This document shows, piece by piece, positions 49,122 through 59,103 of a stretch of DNA of 64,000 nt. The first letter of the stretch is position 1, and each line of letters opens with the position of its first letter. Location of the stretch: IMG/VR virus record IMGVR_UViG_3300020379_000310; one strand, given 5' to 3'. A program made the position numbers and the translations under genes. The notes below the pieces were generated by a model. It saw only the letters and a program-made list of their open reading frames with translations. It was not told where the DNA came from and ran no database searches. Source of the DNA: an uncultured virus (IMG/VR IMGVR_UViG_3300020379_000310) (taxonomy: Duplodnaviria; Heunggongvirae; Uroviricota; Caudoviricetes).

Positions 49122-49634
49122 ATGACCGAAGAAAAGGCGAAATATCGCAACCCCCGATGGATAGATAAAGAAAACCGATCGCTATTCTGCGAGATTTTGG
49201 TTGGGCAAAATTATCGTCCAGCACAAATTAATGTTGGTAATATCAAAGAAGGTCTTGTTAACGAAGACTTTAATGCCGTCATGGAAATCTTCACCGAAGA
49301 AGACATCGATGCAAACACAGAAGCACATAAGAATGTTGTCATTGAACAGGAAGAGAAAGACGCAGAACAACGCGAGGTTCATAGAAATAGAGTAATGCAA
49401 GAAGCATTGTTCAATATGAAACTAGAAGCTTTTGAAATTCCTGCCATCAAAAACTCAGATGATAAACGAATCAAAAAACTAATTCGTAAAGCAAAAACTC
49501 AATTAGAAGTACAGGCATGGGTAACTACATTACTTCAAATGGAAGCATTGTATCAAGTTCCCAACATGTTTAAGCCAGATGGTACACATCCAGAGTTTGC
49601 TCCAGATATACCAGAACCCCCAACGGAACCGTAA
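49122..49634 (+). CDS. hypothetical protein, possibly a tail fibre assembly chaperone
   Basis: GAGGA RBS; YRNPRWID...LFCEI resembles fibre chaperone N-termini; follows the fibre genes. Confidence 0.5.
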   Translation: MTEEKAKYRNPRWIDKENRSLFCEILVGQNYRPAQINVGNIKEGLVNEDFNAVMEIFTEEDIDANTEAHKNVVIEQEEKDAEQREVHRNRVMQEALFNMKLEAFEIPAIKNSDDKRIKKLIRKAKTQLEVQAWVTTLLQMEALYQVPNMFKPDGTHPEFAPDIPEPPTEP

Positions 49635-50338
49635 TGAACGGATATCTTTATGTCGCATCTCGTGATGAAAGATATCTAAAAGCTGCTGTCCAATCTGCTG
49701 AATCATTATTAGATTTTCATCCCAATGCAAAGATAACACTCTTCACGGAAGAAAGGTGGGATGGAACATACGACAGAAAACTTTTTGATAATATCATTTA
49801 TTGTGATGACCATGTGAGAGCAAAACTATGGGCGTTATCCAGAACTCCATATGATAAAACAATGTATATAGATTGTGACACCTATATTCAACACGAAGAT
49901 ATAAAAAAGGTCTTTACTTTACTAGGAAAAGATGATATAATATTCACGCGGAATAGACCCTACAATGCAAAAATAACTAAACTAAGCGATACTGAAGAGA
50001 TGATATATCATTGTGGTATCTTTGCATATAAGAAGAAACCTATTGTGATGGATTTAATGATGGATTGGTTTCAGCAATACTGTGACCAGATTAGACCAGA
50101 ATATGACCCCTCGCCATATCCAAGGGAAGTATGTAAGTGGGATACATTTAGTATGTGGTATCTCTTAGAGAAAAAATACAAGGATAAAATTAAAGTTGGA
50201 GACTTCCCATGGCCAGATGCTAGATGGAACTTCTGCATGGGACAACGACCAGAAGAGTTGGCGGGGATGCCGATTATTATAACACATTATACTTTGAATA
50301 GAGTATACAAAGAACAGGAATCATTTCAGTTAAGATGA
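49634..50338 (+). CDS. glycosyltransferase, GT-A fold (GT8-like)
   Basis: KLWALSRTPYDKTMYIDCD (DxD), HCGIF, RWN, ITHY. Confidence 0.75.
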   Translation: MNGYLYVASRDERYLKAAVQSAESLLDFHPNAKITLFTEERWDGTYDRKLFDNIIYCDDHVRAKLWALSRTPYDKTMYIDCDTYIQHEDIKKVFTLLGKDDIIFTRNRPYNAKITKLSDTEEMIYHCGIFAYKKKPIVMDLMMDWFQQYCDQIRPEYDPSPYPREVCKWDTFSMWYLLEKKYKDKIKVGDFPWPDARWNFCMGQRPEELAGMPIIITHYTLNRVYKEQESFQLR

Positions 50339-50961
50339 AAACTATAGAATTGAAAAATCCAGATGTTTTAGACATCCTTGACAGGTGGATGGATTTTTAT
50401 AATAACAATGTAAAAGAACCTTTACCAATGGATGAAAGAAGGTTTGGTAACAGGGATATGGATTACTATTGTTCAGAAGAGTATCTTAGAGAAGTTCAAG
50501 CAAAAGGTGAAGACCACAAAGGCCCACCAGAGTATGCGAAGGTATGTGATTTCCACTTGACACACGGAGTTGATAAAGAACTTAGAAGAGAGTCCTTGAA
50601 GACTTGTGCTGAATTATCCGCGTGGTTGTGTGCTAAATTTAATGCGGTACATGTTTACTATCCAGCTGGTGGTTTCATGTCGTGGCATAATAACTGGGAT
50701 TGTCCCGGCTACAATATTTTATTATCACATAGTGATGGTTGTGGATTCTTTAAACACTTAGATGAAGATGGAAATGTTGTGACTATCCATGACCCAATTG
50801 GTTGGAACTGTAAGATAGGATATTATGGTGGTAAAGATGAACAACCATATTGGCATACCGCTGGGAGTCGAGGCCCAAGACAAACATTTGGTTTCGTTGT
50901 TCCAGATAAAGATTTGTGGCAAGATATGGTTGAAGATATCTCTACTATAGATGTAGTCTAA
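50335..50961 (+). CDS. 2OG-Fe(II) oxygenase / cupin-like protein
   Basis: YYPAGGFMSWHNNWD...YWHTAGS..PR jelly-roll His motifs. Confidence 0.6.
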   Translation: MKTIELKNPDVLDILDRWMDFYNNNVKEPLPMDERRFGNRDMDYYCSEEYLREVQAKGEDHKGPPEYAKVCDFHLTHGVDKELRRESLKTCAELSAWLCAKFNAVHVYYPAGGFMSWHNNWDCPGYNILLSHSDGCGFFKHLDEDGNVVTIHDPIGWNCKIGYYGGKDEQPYWHTAGSRGPRQTFGFVVPDKDLWQDMVEDISTIDVV

Positions 50962-51641
50962 AAGAATCCTTCCCTTTGTCCTATGACCATGAATCGGTCA
51001 AACTCTTTCTTACCATCCCAAGAATAATATATTTGTTGTTTGGTTCCCTCATATCCACACTCTTCTATTCCTATTTGTTCTTTTAGTGCCTCTATTGAGT
51101 TCACACAATTGATACCATACATCTCTTCAACTACATTTGAGTTTTGCATCGCGTAGACGGCATTAGGATTCTTACCCACTAGTTCTGTTAGAGGATACAT
51201 TTGTTCGGTGTGAATACAGATTACTACATCAACATCAATCTTGTTTAGATTCTCAAACTCAAATGGTATGTCCAGATTCCAATGACGAATGTTTACAAAT
51301 TTTTCTTGGGCGTAATACTTGTGAAATGATTTAGAAAGATTGATACTCTCTTCATCCATGTCCACCAAATGAATCTGAGAGACATCTAGGTTCTCACATA
51401 AAAGTGGAACCATAGGAAGACCTAACCAAGAATTAAGAATTAATATTCTAAGGTTACCTTGTTTGGTATAATATTCTTCCAAGTATTCTTTTAGTTCTTC
51501 AACCAACCAGATTGAAGCATCCATATTATTTTCCTGTAGAGATTGCCTAAAATCTACAAGTTTGTGAGGCATTTTGTTTTCTATAACATGTAGCGCCTCA
51601 CCCCAGTATTTAAAGTTATTTAAAAAATTAAAATTTAACAT
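50958..51641 (-). CDS. degenerate class I methyltransferase-like protein
   Basis: ILILNSWLG (altered motif I), LVDMDEES, DVVIC..TEQM, RFMVIG. Confidence 0.5.
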   Translation of the reverse strand: MLNFNFLNNFKYWGEALHVIENKMPHKLVDFRQSLQENNMDASIWLVEELKEYLEEYYTKQGNLRILILNSWLGLPMVPLLCENLDVSQIHLVDMDEESINLSKSFHKYYAQEKFVNIRHWNLDIPFEFENLNKIDVDVVICIHTEQMYPLTELVGKNPNAVYAMQNSNVVEEMYGINCVNSIEALKEQIGIEECGYEGTKQQIYYSWDGKKEFDRFMVIGQREGFF

Positions 51642-52302
51642 CTTCACCTTTTCCCATTGAGTCAAAAATACAAACATAAGGTAGTTCGCGGTATGTATGT
51701 TTATCTATATCGTGTGGGAAGATATAGCCTTGGTTAAAACTATATACCCAACCTATAGGAAACAATTTGATTTTGGTTATTCTTCTGTTATAAAAGAAGT
51801 TATCAAGACCACGATAGTACCATAGTATTTGTTTCTGATATTTATTAAAATATTCTGTAATCTCTTCTGTGTTTAAGTTATCATTCCACCTCAGAACCGA
51901 AGAGTTTAGATCTGTATATTTATGTGGAATGTGTCTAGTGTTTTTAAATTGAGTTTCTAAATCGTGCCAGTATGTCTTTACAAAACAAAGACAGTCTTCT
52001 GGGTCATAGTCTGCGATGGAACTTATATCTTTCTGAATGATAGTATCAATATCAAAGAACATCTTTTCACCCTTCTGTGTAACAATAGTTTCATCGAAGA
52101 GATACATTTTATTCCACCACTTTACTAACTTGTTTCCGCCCGGCAATGCGAGTGGCGTAATGTTCTCATCTAGTCCCTTTGGATTTTCTGTTAAGCAATA
52201 GAAACTAAAATCTTGTGGGAGATATTGTAGACAAGCCTCATAGATATTATTTACATGTTGGTGGTTGTATTTGTCACCCCACTTTACTGTGTAGATATTC
52301 AA
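51628..52302 (-). CDS. glycosyltransferase, GT-A fold (KWGxKY family)
   Basis: VKWGDKY, WWNKMYLF, FFDID, NSSVLRW. Confidence 0.75.
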   Translation of the reverse strand: MNIYTVKWGDKYNHQHVNNIYEACLQYLPQDFSFYCLTENPKGLDENITPLALPGGNKLVKWWNKMYLFDETIVTQKGEKMFFDIDTIIQKDISSIADYDPEDCLCFVKTYWHDLETQFKNTRHIPHKYTDLNSSVLRWNDNLNTEEITEYFNKYQKQILWYYRGLDNFFYNRRITKIKLFPIGWVYSFNQGYIFPHDIDKHTYRELPYVCIFDSMGKGEDVKF

Positions 52303-52931
52303 AATGGTTCCCTCACATAAACTACATTACCAGACGCGGTAATTCTTTCTTCATCTGAAGTGTAAAAAGGATAAACCATATGTGGTAGTTTCGCATCAAA
52401 CAAAATCATCTTTCCTTCAAATCCTTTATCAACTGGTATCGCTACTTCTTCTGGGACACCCATTGGAGAGTTCATCACAAAACAAAGTCTTGATGTTTTA
52501 GGGTCTTTCTTTTCTGGAAAGAATTTGTCTTCCTCCTCTAAATCATATGGTACATTTATAAAGATAACAAATGAAAACAATCCGCCATGATTATGCATGG
52601 GATTGAATTCATGTTTCTTCTGATAGTTTATCCACACACTTTCTAATCCTATTGGAAGTAGAGGGTGACTAGTATCTTTTTGCACTTTCATATAGTGTTC
52701 TATTTCTGGTCTGTAGAAGTTATTCATGATATCTACTTTTACAGATGAAGGCATGTCTTCTATTCTTATTTGCCTTTCCAGATGCCCTGCTAAATTATAA
52801 TTGTTTGAAGTATTACCAACAAAGTTTCTATAATACTCCAAGGTTTCGGGACTCACCTCACCTGTCCATATGCAGTTATGTTTTGATATTAGTTCTTCTG
52901 CTATGAACCAGTTGGGACTCATCATTGCCAT
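52299..52931 (-). CDS. 2OG-Fe(II) oxygenase (TIGR02466-like)
   Basis: WINYQKKHEFNPMHNH, SFVIF, HMVYPF, RITASGN. Confidence 0.8.
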   Translation of the reverse strand: MAMMSPNWFIAEELISKHNCIWTGEVSPETLEYYRNFVGNTSNNYNLAGHLERQIRIEDMPSSVKVDIMNNFYRPEIEHYMKVQKDTSHPLLPIGLESVWINYQKKHEFNPMHNHGGLFSFVIFINVPYDLEEEDKFFPEKKDPKTSRLCFVMNSPMGVPEEVAIPVDKGFEGKMILFDAKLPHMVYPFYTSDEERITASGNVVYVREPF

Positions 52932-52936
52932 GTATC

Positions 52937-53095
52937 CTACCAATGTCTTAATACTCCCGATATAATAAAGAAACAGGTGAAGAAGTTTACCAAGACAACT
53001 ACGGTTCTCATTATTGCAACCATATCAGCCTCGTGTGAATCATCCGATGCCTTTTCCCCTAAAGACATGCACCATAGTTTCCAAAGTTTTTTCAT
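52937..53095 (-). CDS. small membrane protein (52 aa), not in the ORF track
   Basis: MKKLWKLWCMSLGEKASDDSHEADMVAIMRTVVVLVNFFTCFFIISGVLRHW; GGAGG RBS; fills the gap in the operon. Confidence 0.75.
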   Translation of the reverse strand: MKKLWKLWCMSLGEKASDDSHEADMVAIMRTVVVLVNFFTCFFIISGVLRHW

Positions 53096-53097
53096 TC

Positions 53098-53910
53098 CTA
53101 CCTCCAATGTTCTAATAGTTTGGGGTCTGCAAGTTCGTCTTGTTTAGTATGTCCTCTACTTTCATCCTCAAACGGTAATAAATCTACATTAAATACACAC
53201 AAAATACAATTGGGTCTGTATATACCCACATTCAAATCATCTTCATCCCATGACCTACCTCTATTATATGAATATGCCATATGTGATGGAAAGTAATCCC
53301 ATAGTTTAGCACCATACTCACCCCATCTCCATGAGTGATAGTTATCTGTTCCGTCTGTATATGTGAACCATATCTTTTCTTGATTCTCTAATACATCTTC
53401 CCATATAGGTTCACATTGGTCATCACTCCATACTTGACAACTTCCATTCGTGTACGCGCCATGTGCTAGTTTAAATTGTCTAGTCTGCATGGGTTTCGGG
53501 TCTTGCCACCAAGACCGCATTTTAGTTGGTTGTTCTGTGTTGTAAGTTAGAAGTGGTGTAATATCATTCTGGATAATTACATCCAAATCAAAGAAGATGA
53601 AGCGTCCTGTCGGCTTATCTGGGCCGAAATTGTGAGTATTAAAAACGAAAGTTTTAGGCCTGTCCCAACAGCGAGCCATGCCGTACTTAAACTCGTCAGC
53701 GCCGAACCAGTATTTAGGATGGATGGTAGGGATATCGGGAAATGGTATAACCTTAATATCTGGTAATAGTCCCTTATCATTGTCGGTATAACAGTAGAAA
53801 TGAAAATCCATTGTCGAAGGTGTATTGCGCTTAGACATGTTATAAAGACGGTTAACAAAGTGCGGGCCATATTTTTCTCCCCATTTACTACAAACTACAT
53901 TAACTCGCAT
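53098..53910 (-). CDS. glycosyltransferase, GT-A fold (KWGxKY family)
   Basis: CSKWGEKY, CYTD, FFDLDVII, NGSCQVW, YSYNRG; GGAG RBS before ATG 53910. Confidence 0.75.
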   Translation of the reverse strand: MRVNVVCSKWGEKYGPHFVNRLYNMSKRNTPSTMDFHFYCYTDNDKGLLPDIKVIPFPDIPTIHPKYWFGADEFKYGMARCWDRPKTFVFNTHNFGPDKPTGRFIFFDLDVIIQNDITPLLTYNTEQPTKMRSWWQDPKPMQTRQFKLAHGAYTNGSCQVWSDDQCEPIWEDVLENQEKIWFTYTDGTDNYHSWRWGEYGAKLWDYFPSHMAYSYNRGRSWDEDDLNVGIYRPNCILCVFNVDLLPFEDESRGHTKQDELADPKLLEHWR

Positions 53911-56416
53911 GGCAATCTCCACAATTTCTGGTACAAACGCTGAGGGGTTTCCTCTTCAAGTGTTGACTTATATTCTCAAAGTCATGGTTATAAATTATCT
54001 CACCGATATTAAATTTCGTCCCATCATTATACTTGAAATTGTATGTATAGTCAATAGGATGATAAGGAAATAATTTGTGTTCCATTACATCTCTAGCAAT
54101 GTACGCACACGGAAAAAGGTTGCCTTGCGAATTCACATAAAAATATTCACTTTTCCTCGCGTCACACCATACTGGTTCCTTCTCTTTCATCTTAGGTTTC
54201 TTGGTTCGTACTTCCTCATCCTTCTTAAACCGTTTCAATGTTTCCAGACTCACTGGAATATCACTAGCAATACTATCATTTACCTTTATTTCGTTTTCGG
54301 TTGGTTGTGTAGGAAGTACATGTTCAACCCTATCAACAAAAGGTAGGTCTTTTATATATGCCTTGAATGTTTGAACGGTGACTGTACAACCTAATTTTTC
54401 TTTAAAATACCGACAAATGGACTCAATTTGGTCACAATTGGTTGGGTCAGTAATTTCACACATAAATGTAACCCATTGTAACTTAAAGTTTTCAACTACG
54501 GTCTTGAGAGAATCTAGTGTATGTTCTTTTCCATTGACAAAAATATCATTAAATTCATTCCCAGTATCATTTTGTTTGGTAGATAGTTGTATTAATGCAC
54601 CTTCTGGATTGCCATCATCATATAATCCTGTGTATAAGTCACTATATTGTTCTCCATGCATTTGGAAATACTTGACAAGAGTGTCATTATCTTTTACACT
54701 ATCTTGATTTATAATGGATATGAGTTCTTGTTTGGGCATGATGTTGTATAGTCGCTCAAATACTTTCTCATAATCTTCTTTATAAAATAATTCTTTTAGG
54801 TTTTGCAGATAGTATTTTTTGTACAGGGATTGAACATCCTCAATTGATGCATCCCAGAACACTCTTTGCATCCCATGTTCTTTAATGTTATCCATAACAT
54901 CTTTTTTGATTTGTGGTAGTGTGTTCTTATCCCATAGTCTTTTGTACAACGCAAAACATTGTAGAAAACTTATGTTCCAGAAATATCTAACAGGCCCCAG
55001 TTCTTTCGCTTCATCAAACGCGGTTAGGTGAGACTTGTATATGTACCTTTGTTTGTATAAGTCATATATCTCATTTGCATCTTTATTCCAATACAAAGAC
55101 TCATCACCCTGTAATAGTACAGGGTCATCTGGATAGTCAGCGAGAAACTTTTTATGCATTGAAATCATATCACCAGAGTCATATAGTTCTTTGATAATAT
55201 CCTTGTGGTGCGGTTCTATTTGTCGTATAAAGATAAGGTCAGATATCTCTCTTTCTAATTCTGGTACATGTACCTTCACTTCAGAAATTGTACCTTTAAA
55301 ATATTCCTCCAACTCTGGGAAGTCATTAATCATTTTCTCTGAGAGGGATTGCAAATCATTTGTTTCAATAAGTTCTTTAATGTCTGATATTGTATTCTTA
55401 TCCATATAGTTTTCTTGTAGCATACTATCTGTTAGAGATTCAAATCCAATCCACTCGCGTAGTGTTTCAAACTCTTTTGAATATTGTTCCCAATCTTGTT
55501 TTAGTTGTGGTAAGTCTTTGAGGAATTTTTCTTCTAGTGTGTCGTAGTCCTTGGTACGCAACAATTGAGATATCTTGTTGGTATGTTTATTTTTATCAAA
55601 GAAGTTATCTGGGAACTTGGGTAACCACAATCTTTCAAATTCTGTTTTGCCGTGCCAATGCGTGAGTAGATTGTAATCTCTCAACTCGTGTGGTTTAAGA
55701 TTGTTTTTGTTTCTACCACCAACGGATGCTTCAAAGATACAGAACTTTGCATCTTCTCTATACAGGTGTTGCGTGACATCATTTGGATGTTGTCTCCCTC
55801 TATTGTAGGAGTATACCCAATCACTAGGTAAGAACGACCAATAGTTATCGCCTACTGCTTGATGTTCTCTGTATGGGTAGTAGTTATCGGTTCCTTTCCA
55901 AAAGGTTTTAAACACCGTGTCCTTGTGTTTCATTACATCATTGTAAATCTTTTCCCCTTGGTCAGTACACCATAACATGACACTAGAGTTATATAATGTG
56001 CCACGCATATCTGTAAATCTTCTGTCATTGAGAACTTTTGGATTTTCCCAATTGGAATAAATCATGTGCGGAGTTTTCGATAGTTCAAATATGTCATCGA
56101 TGTTATTTTGAATGATAACATCTAAATCCAAATAACAAAAAGGCCCTTTGGTTTTTAACCAGTGGTGAGAATTTAGTACGAGAAATTTTGACCTATCCCA
56201 ACAGAAGTTTTCTTGACCAAACCAATGCCGTGGATGGAGAGGGTCTACATTGGGTATAGACCGAATCTTAATATCCTTGTGTATATCTTCTGGTTCGTCT
56301 GTGTAGCATATGAACTTAAACCTTTTGGTGTAGTTCTGCTGAACCATTCTGTATAAATTGTTTACATATTCTGGAGAGTACTTATTGCCCCATTTCATGC
56401 AAAGAAAGTGCATCAT
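53900..56416 (-). CDS. glycosyltransferase fused to helical repeats and a C-terminal SPASM-like Fe-S domain
   Basis: N-terminal CMKWGNKY, YLDLDVII, NSSVMLW; C-terminal CDARKSEYFYVNSQGNLFPC...CTRNCGDC. Confidence 0.7.
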   Translation of the reverse strand: MMHFLCMKWGNKYSPEYVNNLYRMVQQNYTKRFKFICYTDEPEDIHKDIKIRSIPNVDPLHPRHWFGQENFCWDRSKFLVLNSHHWLKTKGPFCYLDLDVIIQNNIDDIFELSKTPHMIYSNWENPKVLNDRRFTDMRGTLYNSSVMLWCTDQGEKIYNDVMKHKDTVFKTFWKGTDNYYPYREHQAVGDNYWSFLPSDWVYSYNRGRQHPNDVTQHLYREDAKFCIFEASVGGRNKNNLKPHELRDYNLLTHWHGKTEFERLWLPKFPDNFFDKNKHTNKISQLLRTKDYDTLEEKFLKDLPQLKQDWEQYSKEFETLREWIGFESLTDSMLQENYMDKNTISDIKELIETNDLQSLSEKMINDFPELEEYFKGTISEVKVHVPELEREISDLIFIRQIEPHHKDIIKELYDSGDMISMHKKFLADYPDDPVLLQGDESLYWNKDANEIYDLYKQRYIYKSHLTAFDEAKELGPVRYFWNISFLQCFALYKRLWDKNTLPQIKKDVMDNIKEHGMQRVFWDASIEDVQSLYKKYYLQNLKELFYKEDYEKVFERLYNIMPKQELISIINQDSVKDNDTLVKYFQMHGEQYSDLYTGLYDDGNPEGALIQLSTKQNDTGNEFNDIFVNGKEHTLDSLKTVVENFKLQWVTFMCEITDPTNCDQIESICRYFKEKLGCTVTVQTFKAYIKDLPFVDRVEHVLPTQPTENEIKVNDSIASDIPVSLETLKRFKKDEEVRTKKPKMKEKEPVWCDARKSEYFYVNSQGNLFPCAYIARDVMEHKLFPYHPIDYTYNFKYNDGTKFNIGEIIYNHDFENISQHLKRKPLSVCTRNCGDCHAS

Positions 56417-57035
56417 AATATTTTTGTCTCAAATTGTAATTGACTTCATTTTGTCCGTTTAGTAGAACAATTGGATAATCTTTTTTTATTTGATGAGCTC
56501 TTGGTGAAGTATCTGTTTCCATATCTACCCCAGCAAGAAAAGAATATATCAATCCTTTTGGGAATGTTCTTTTGAAAAACCTTCCATCATATAAAAAATT
56601 ATCATCCTTACCATCGTATTTATGCAAGTTAAAATCAAAGTTTTTGAAAAACGACTCTGTTATATAGGCGGCATTATCACAGTGCCACGCCATGACACTA
56701 GAGTTCCACGCACCGCCAAAGTCTTTCCAGTAAGTTTCACATATAGTGGGTTCATCACAATACCCAAACAGTGGCTCAAGGTCTCCCTGTACGATTAAAT
56801 CTAAGTCTAAATATAAAGTTGGGCCACCAAAATCTTTGCCAAGAAGTAAAATTTTTTCCCAGTTGCCCAGACCAGTAGACTTCTGTGTAAGTATTCCTTG
56901 TTGTAATCCTTCTGGGTCATCGGTGCGACACCAAAAGTTACCACCCTGTAGATAAGGTTTACACATATTATAAATAGTGTTTACATCATTGGAAGAGTAT
57001 TTGTTTCCGTATTTTAGCGTAACAATTGTTCTCAT
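56382..57035 (-). CDS. glycosyltransferase, GT-A fold (KWGxKY family)
   Basis: LKYGNKY, WEKI, LYLDLD, NSSVMAW. Confidence 0.75.
   Translation of the reverse strand: MRTIVTLKYGNKYSSNDVNTIYNMCKPYLQGGNFWCRTDDPEGLQQGILTQKSTGLGNWEKILLLGKDFGGPTLYLDLDLIVQGDLEPLFGYCDEPTICETYWKDFGGAWNSSVMAWHCDNAAYITESFFKNFDFNLHKYDGKDDNFLYDGRFFKRTFPKGLIYSFLAGVDMETDTSPRAHQIKKDYPIVLLNGQNEVNYNLRQKYYDALSLHEMGQ
56969..56976 (+). promoter_or_regulatory. T4-type late promoter inside the antisense GT gene
   Basis: TATAAATA about 80 nt upstream of ATG 57054. Confidence 0.5.
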
Positions 57036-57053
57036 AATTTAAAGGTATATTCC

Positions 57054-57389
57054 ATGGCAAAAAAAGTAATTAAAAATTTAACGATAGACCAAGGTGCAAC
57101 CTTTAGCGAGACCTTAACTGTAACTACAGATGGGTCAACCGCTAAAAATCTTACTGGCTATACAACAACATCACAGTTCAGAAAAAGCTATGACAGTACT
57201 ACTTATACAAGTTTTACAACCGCTCAAGTTGACGCTACTGGAGTTATAACTTTATCTCTGACTGCTACACAAACTACCGCGTTAAAGTCTGGTAGATATG
57301 TATATGATGTTGAAATTGCAAATTCGCCAGAAGTACTTAGAGTACAAGAAGGTATCATAACAGTAACACCACAAGTAACTAAATCATAA
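57054..57389 (+). CDS. conserved virion-associated beta-sandwich protein
   Basis: NLTIDQGATFS, LTGYT..SQFRKSY, GRYVYDVEI, RVQEGIITVTP. Confidence 0.7.
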   Translation: MAKKVIKNLTIDQGATFSETLTVTTDGSTAKNLTGYTTTSQFRKSYDSTTYTSFTTAQVDATGVITLSLTATQTTALKSGRYVYDVEIANSPEVLRVQEGIITVTPQVTKS

Positions 57390-57398
57390 GGAAGAACA

Positions 57399-57542
57399 GT
57401 GACAAAAGATTTTCGTAGTGTACAACAGGACTTGACCGAATTAAATGGGGATGGTAACCGCGATAGGGGTAGGTATGGTGAAGACGAACCTAAAGAAAAC
57501 CTAGAGGAAAAACCTAATTCGGAGACCCAAAAGGAAGAATAA
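57399..57542 (+). CDS. small hypothetical protein (47 aa), not in the ORF track
   Basis: AAGGA RBS, GTG start, MTKDFRSVQQDLTELNGDGNRDRGRYGEDE...; TAATG coupling to the next gene. Confidence 0.55.
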   Translation: MTKDFRSVQQDLTELNGDGNRDRGRYGEDEPKENLEEKPNSETQKEE

Positions 57543-59056
57543 TGGACGAGCTAAAAAAACTCTTTGAAGCAGTTGCAAAAGAAAAAACTAGAAACCAGCA
57601 ATTGCAAAAAGAAGAAATTCTCAAAGAAGTAGAGAAGTCTCAAAAGAAGAAAACCCACAGTAAAAAAGTCCAAGAGGATTTCTGGGGGGTGTTTAAGAGC
57701 GAGTTAAATAAACTTTCAGAAGTTGAAGAACAAAACAAAAATAAGTTACAAAAGTTAGAAGAAATCAGAGATGAATTTAAAGATGTAACTCCAATCATAT
57801 ATGAAGAAGAGGTTGAAGAGGTACAGGAACAAGTTGTTCCAGATTTCTTTGCAGACATTGACCCACAAAAAATGGCATCAGAGTTTGATATTCGACCAGT
57901 GAGTCAGATATCAGAAAATGATATGTCTCAATCTGAACCATATGAATTAAAAGACCATCCTACTACACTTGTAGAAATGCCAGATAAAACAGTAGACCCA
58001 GACATTTCTATATTAGAAGCAAAAGTTAATAAGTTAGAATTGAAATATGCTGGTTTAGTGGATGAAGAACCAGAAGAGATAACAGAAGAATCACAACCAG
58101 AGTCATTCAATGTAAGTAAGGATGCCTATAGTGCGGTCATGGATGTCCTTAATCTCAAACCTGTAGAGAAGAAAGACAAGGACGAAAGACAATTACAAGA
58201 ACTCGCGGTACAATATCTTGCTGATAAGAAACAGTCTGTACAGGAACAAGTTGATGAGACTGCAAGTGTACAGAAACAAATAAACGAAATCAATACAAAC
58301 ATCCGACAATTGATATTGGGTATGCAAGGTATCGGTGGCGGTGGTGAAGTTAGATTAGAATTCCTAGATGATGTTGACCGTTCATCCGCTACAACAGATG
58401 GTAGGTTCTTACGCTATAGTTCTTCCACTAAGAAGTGGGAAGGCATTGCAATTGATACAGGTGACCAAGCTGCAATACTGGATAATTCTGGAACACCATC
58501 ACTTGCATCTGGTGTAACAGCAGCTGAAATTAGAACATTAATTGATGCCCAACCAACTGGTTCTTATGTAACTCTTAGTTCATTATCTGTGGGTAGTGAA
58601 GCATCTGCATCTGGTGACGGAGGAATTGCATATAATAATTCTACTGGTGTATTCACATACACACCACCAGATTTAAGTTCATTTGCGACACTCGCTAGTC
58701 CAGCACTTACTGGTAATCCTACTGCGCCAACACAATCCGCGAGTGATAATAGTACAAAGATTGCTACTACTGCTTATGTTGAAACAGCTACTGCAAATCT
58801 TGTTGACTCTGCTCCCTCAACTTTAAACACTTTAAATGAACTTGCGGCTGCTTTGGGAGATGATGAAAACTTTTCTACTACAGTAACAAATAATATTGCT
58901 ACTAAAGCACCACTTGCTAGTCCATCATTAACAGGAACACCAACTGCTCCAACCGCGTCTACTGGTACAGATACAACACAAATCGCCACTACAGCATTTG
59001 TAAAACAGGAAATTGATGCGCTCAAGGCCTTGTTATACGCTTACGACCAATCCTAA
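57542..59056 (+). CDS. fibre/whisker-like protein (coiled-coil N-terminus, tail-fibre repeats at the C-terminus)
   Basis: GGGGEVRLEFLDDVD; two LASP.LTG.PTAPT...T.IATTA.V repeats; LNTLNELAAALGDD.NF. Confidence 0.7.
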   Translation: MDELKKLFEAVAKEKTRNQQLQKEEILKEVEKSQKKKTHSKKVQEDFWGVFKSELNKLSEVEEQNKNKLQKLEEIRDEFKDVTPIIYEEEVEEVQEQVVPDFFADIDPQKMASEFDIRPVSQISENDMSQSEPYELKDHPTTLVEMPDKTVDPDISILEAKVNKLELKYAGLVDEEPEEITEESQPESFNVSKDAYSAVMDVLNLKPVEKKDKDERQLQELAVQYLADKKQSVQEQVDETASVQKQINEINTNIRQLILGMQGIGGGGEVRLEFLDDVDRSSATTDGRFLRYSSSTKKWEGIAIDTGDQAAILDNSGTPSLASGVTAAEIRTLIDAQPTGSYVTLSSLSVGSEASASGDGGIAYNNSTGVFTYTPPDLSSFATLASPALTGNPTAPTQSASDNSTKIATTAYVETATANLVDSAPSTLNTLNELAAALGDDENFSTTVTNNIATKAPLASPSLTGTPTAPTASTGTDTTQIATTAFVKQEIDALKALLYAYDQS

Positions 59057-59060
59057 GTCT

Positions 59061-59068
59061 TATAAATA
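59061..59068 (+). promoter_or_regulatory. T4-type late promoter
   Basis: TATAAATA upstream of gp13. Confidence 0.75.
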
Positions 59069-59103
59069 GTCAAAGTATTAAAACTATTTAAATAGGGGTT
59101 CAC

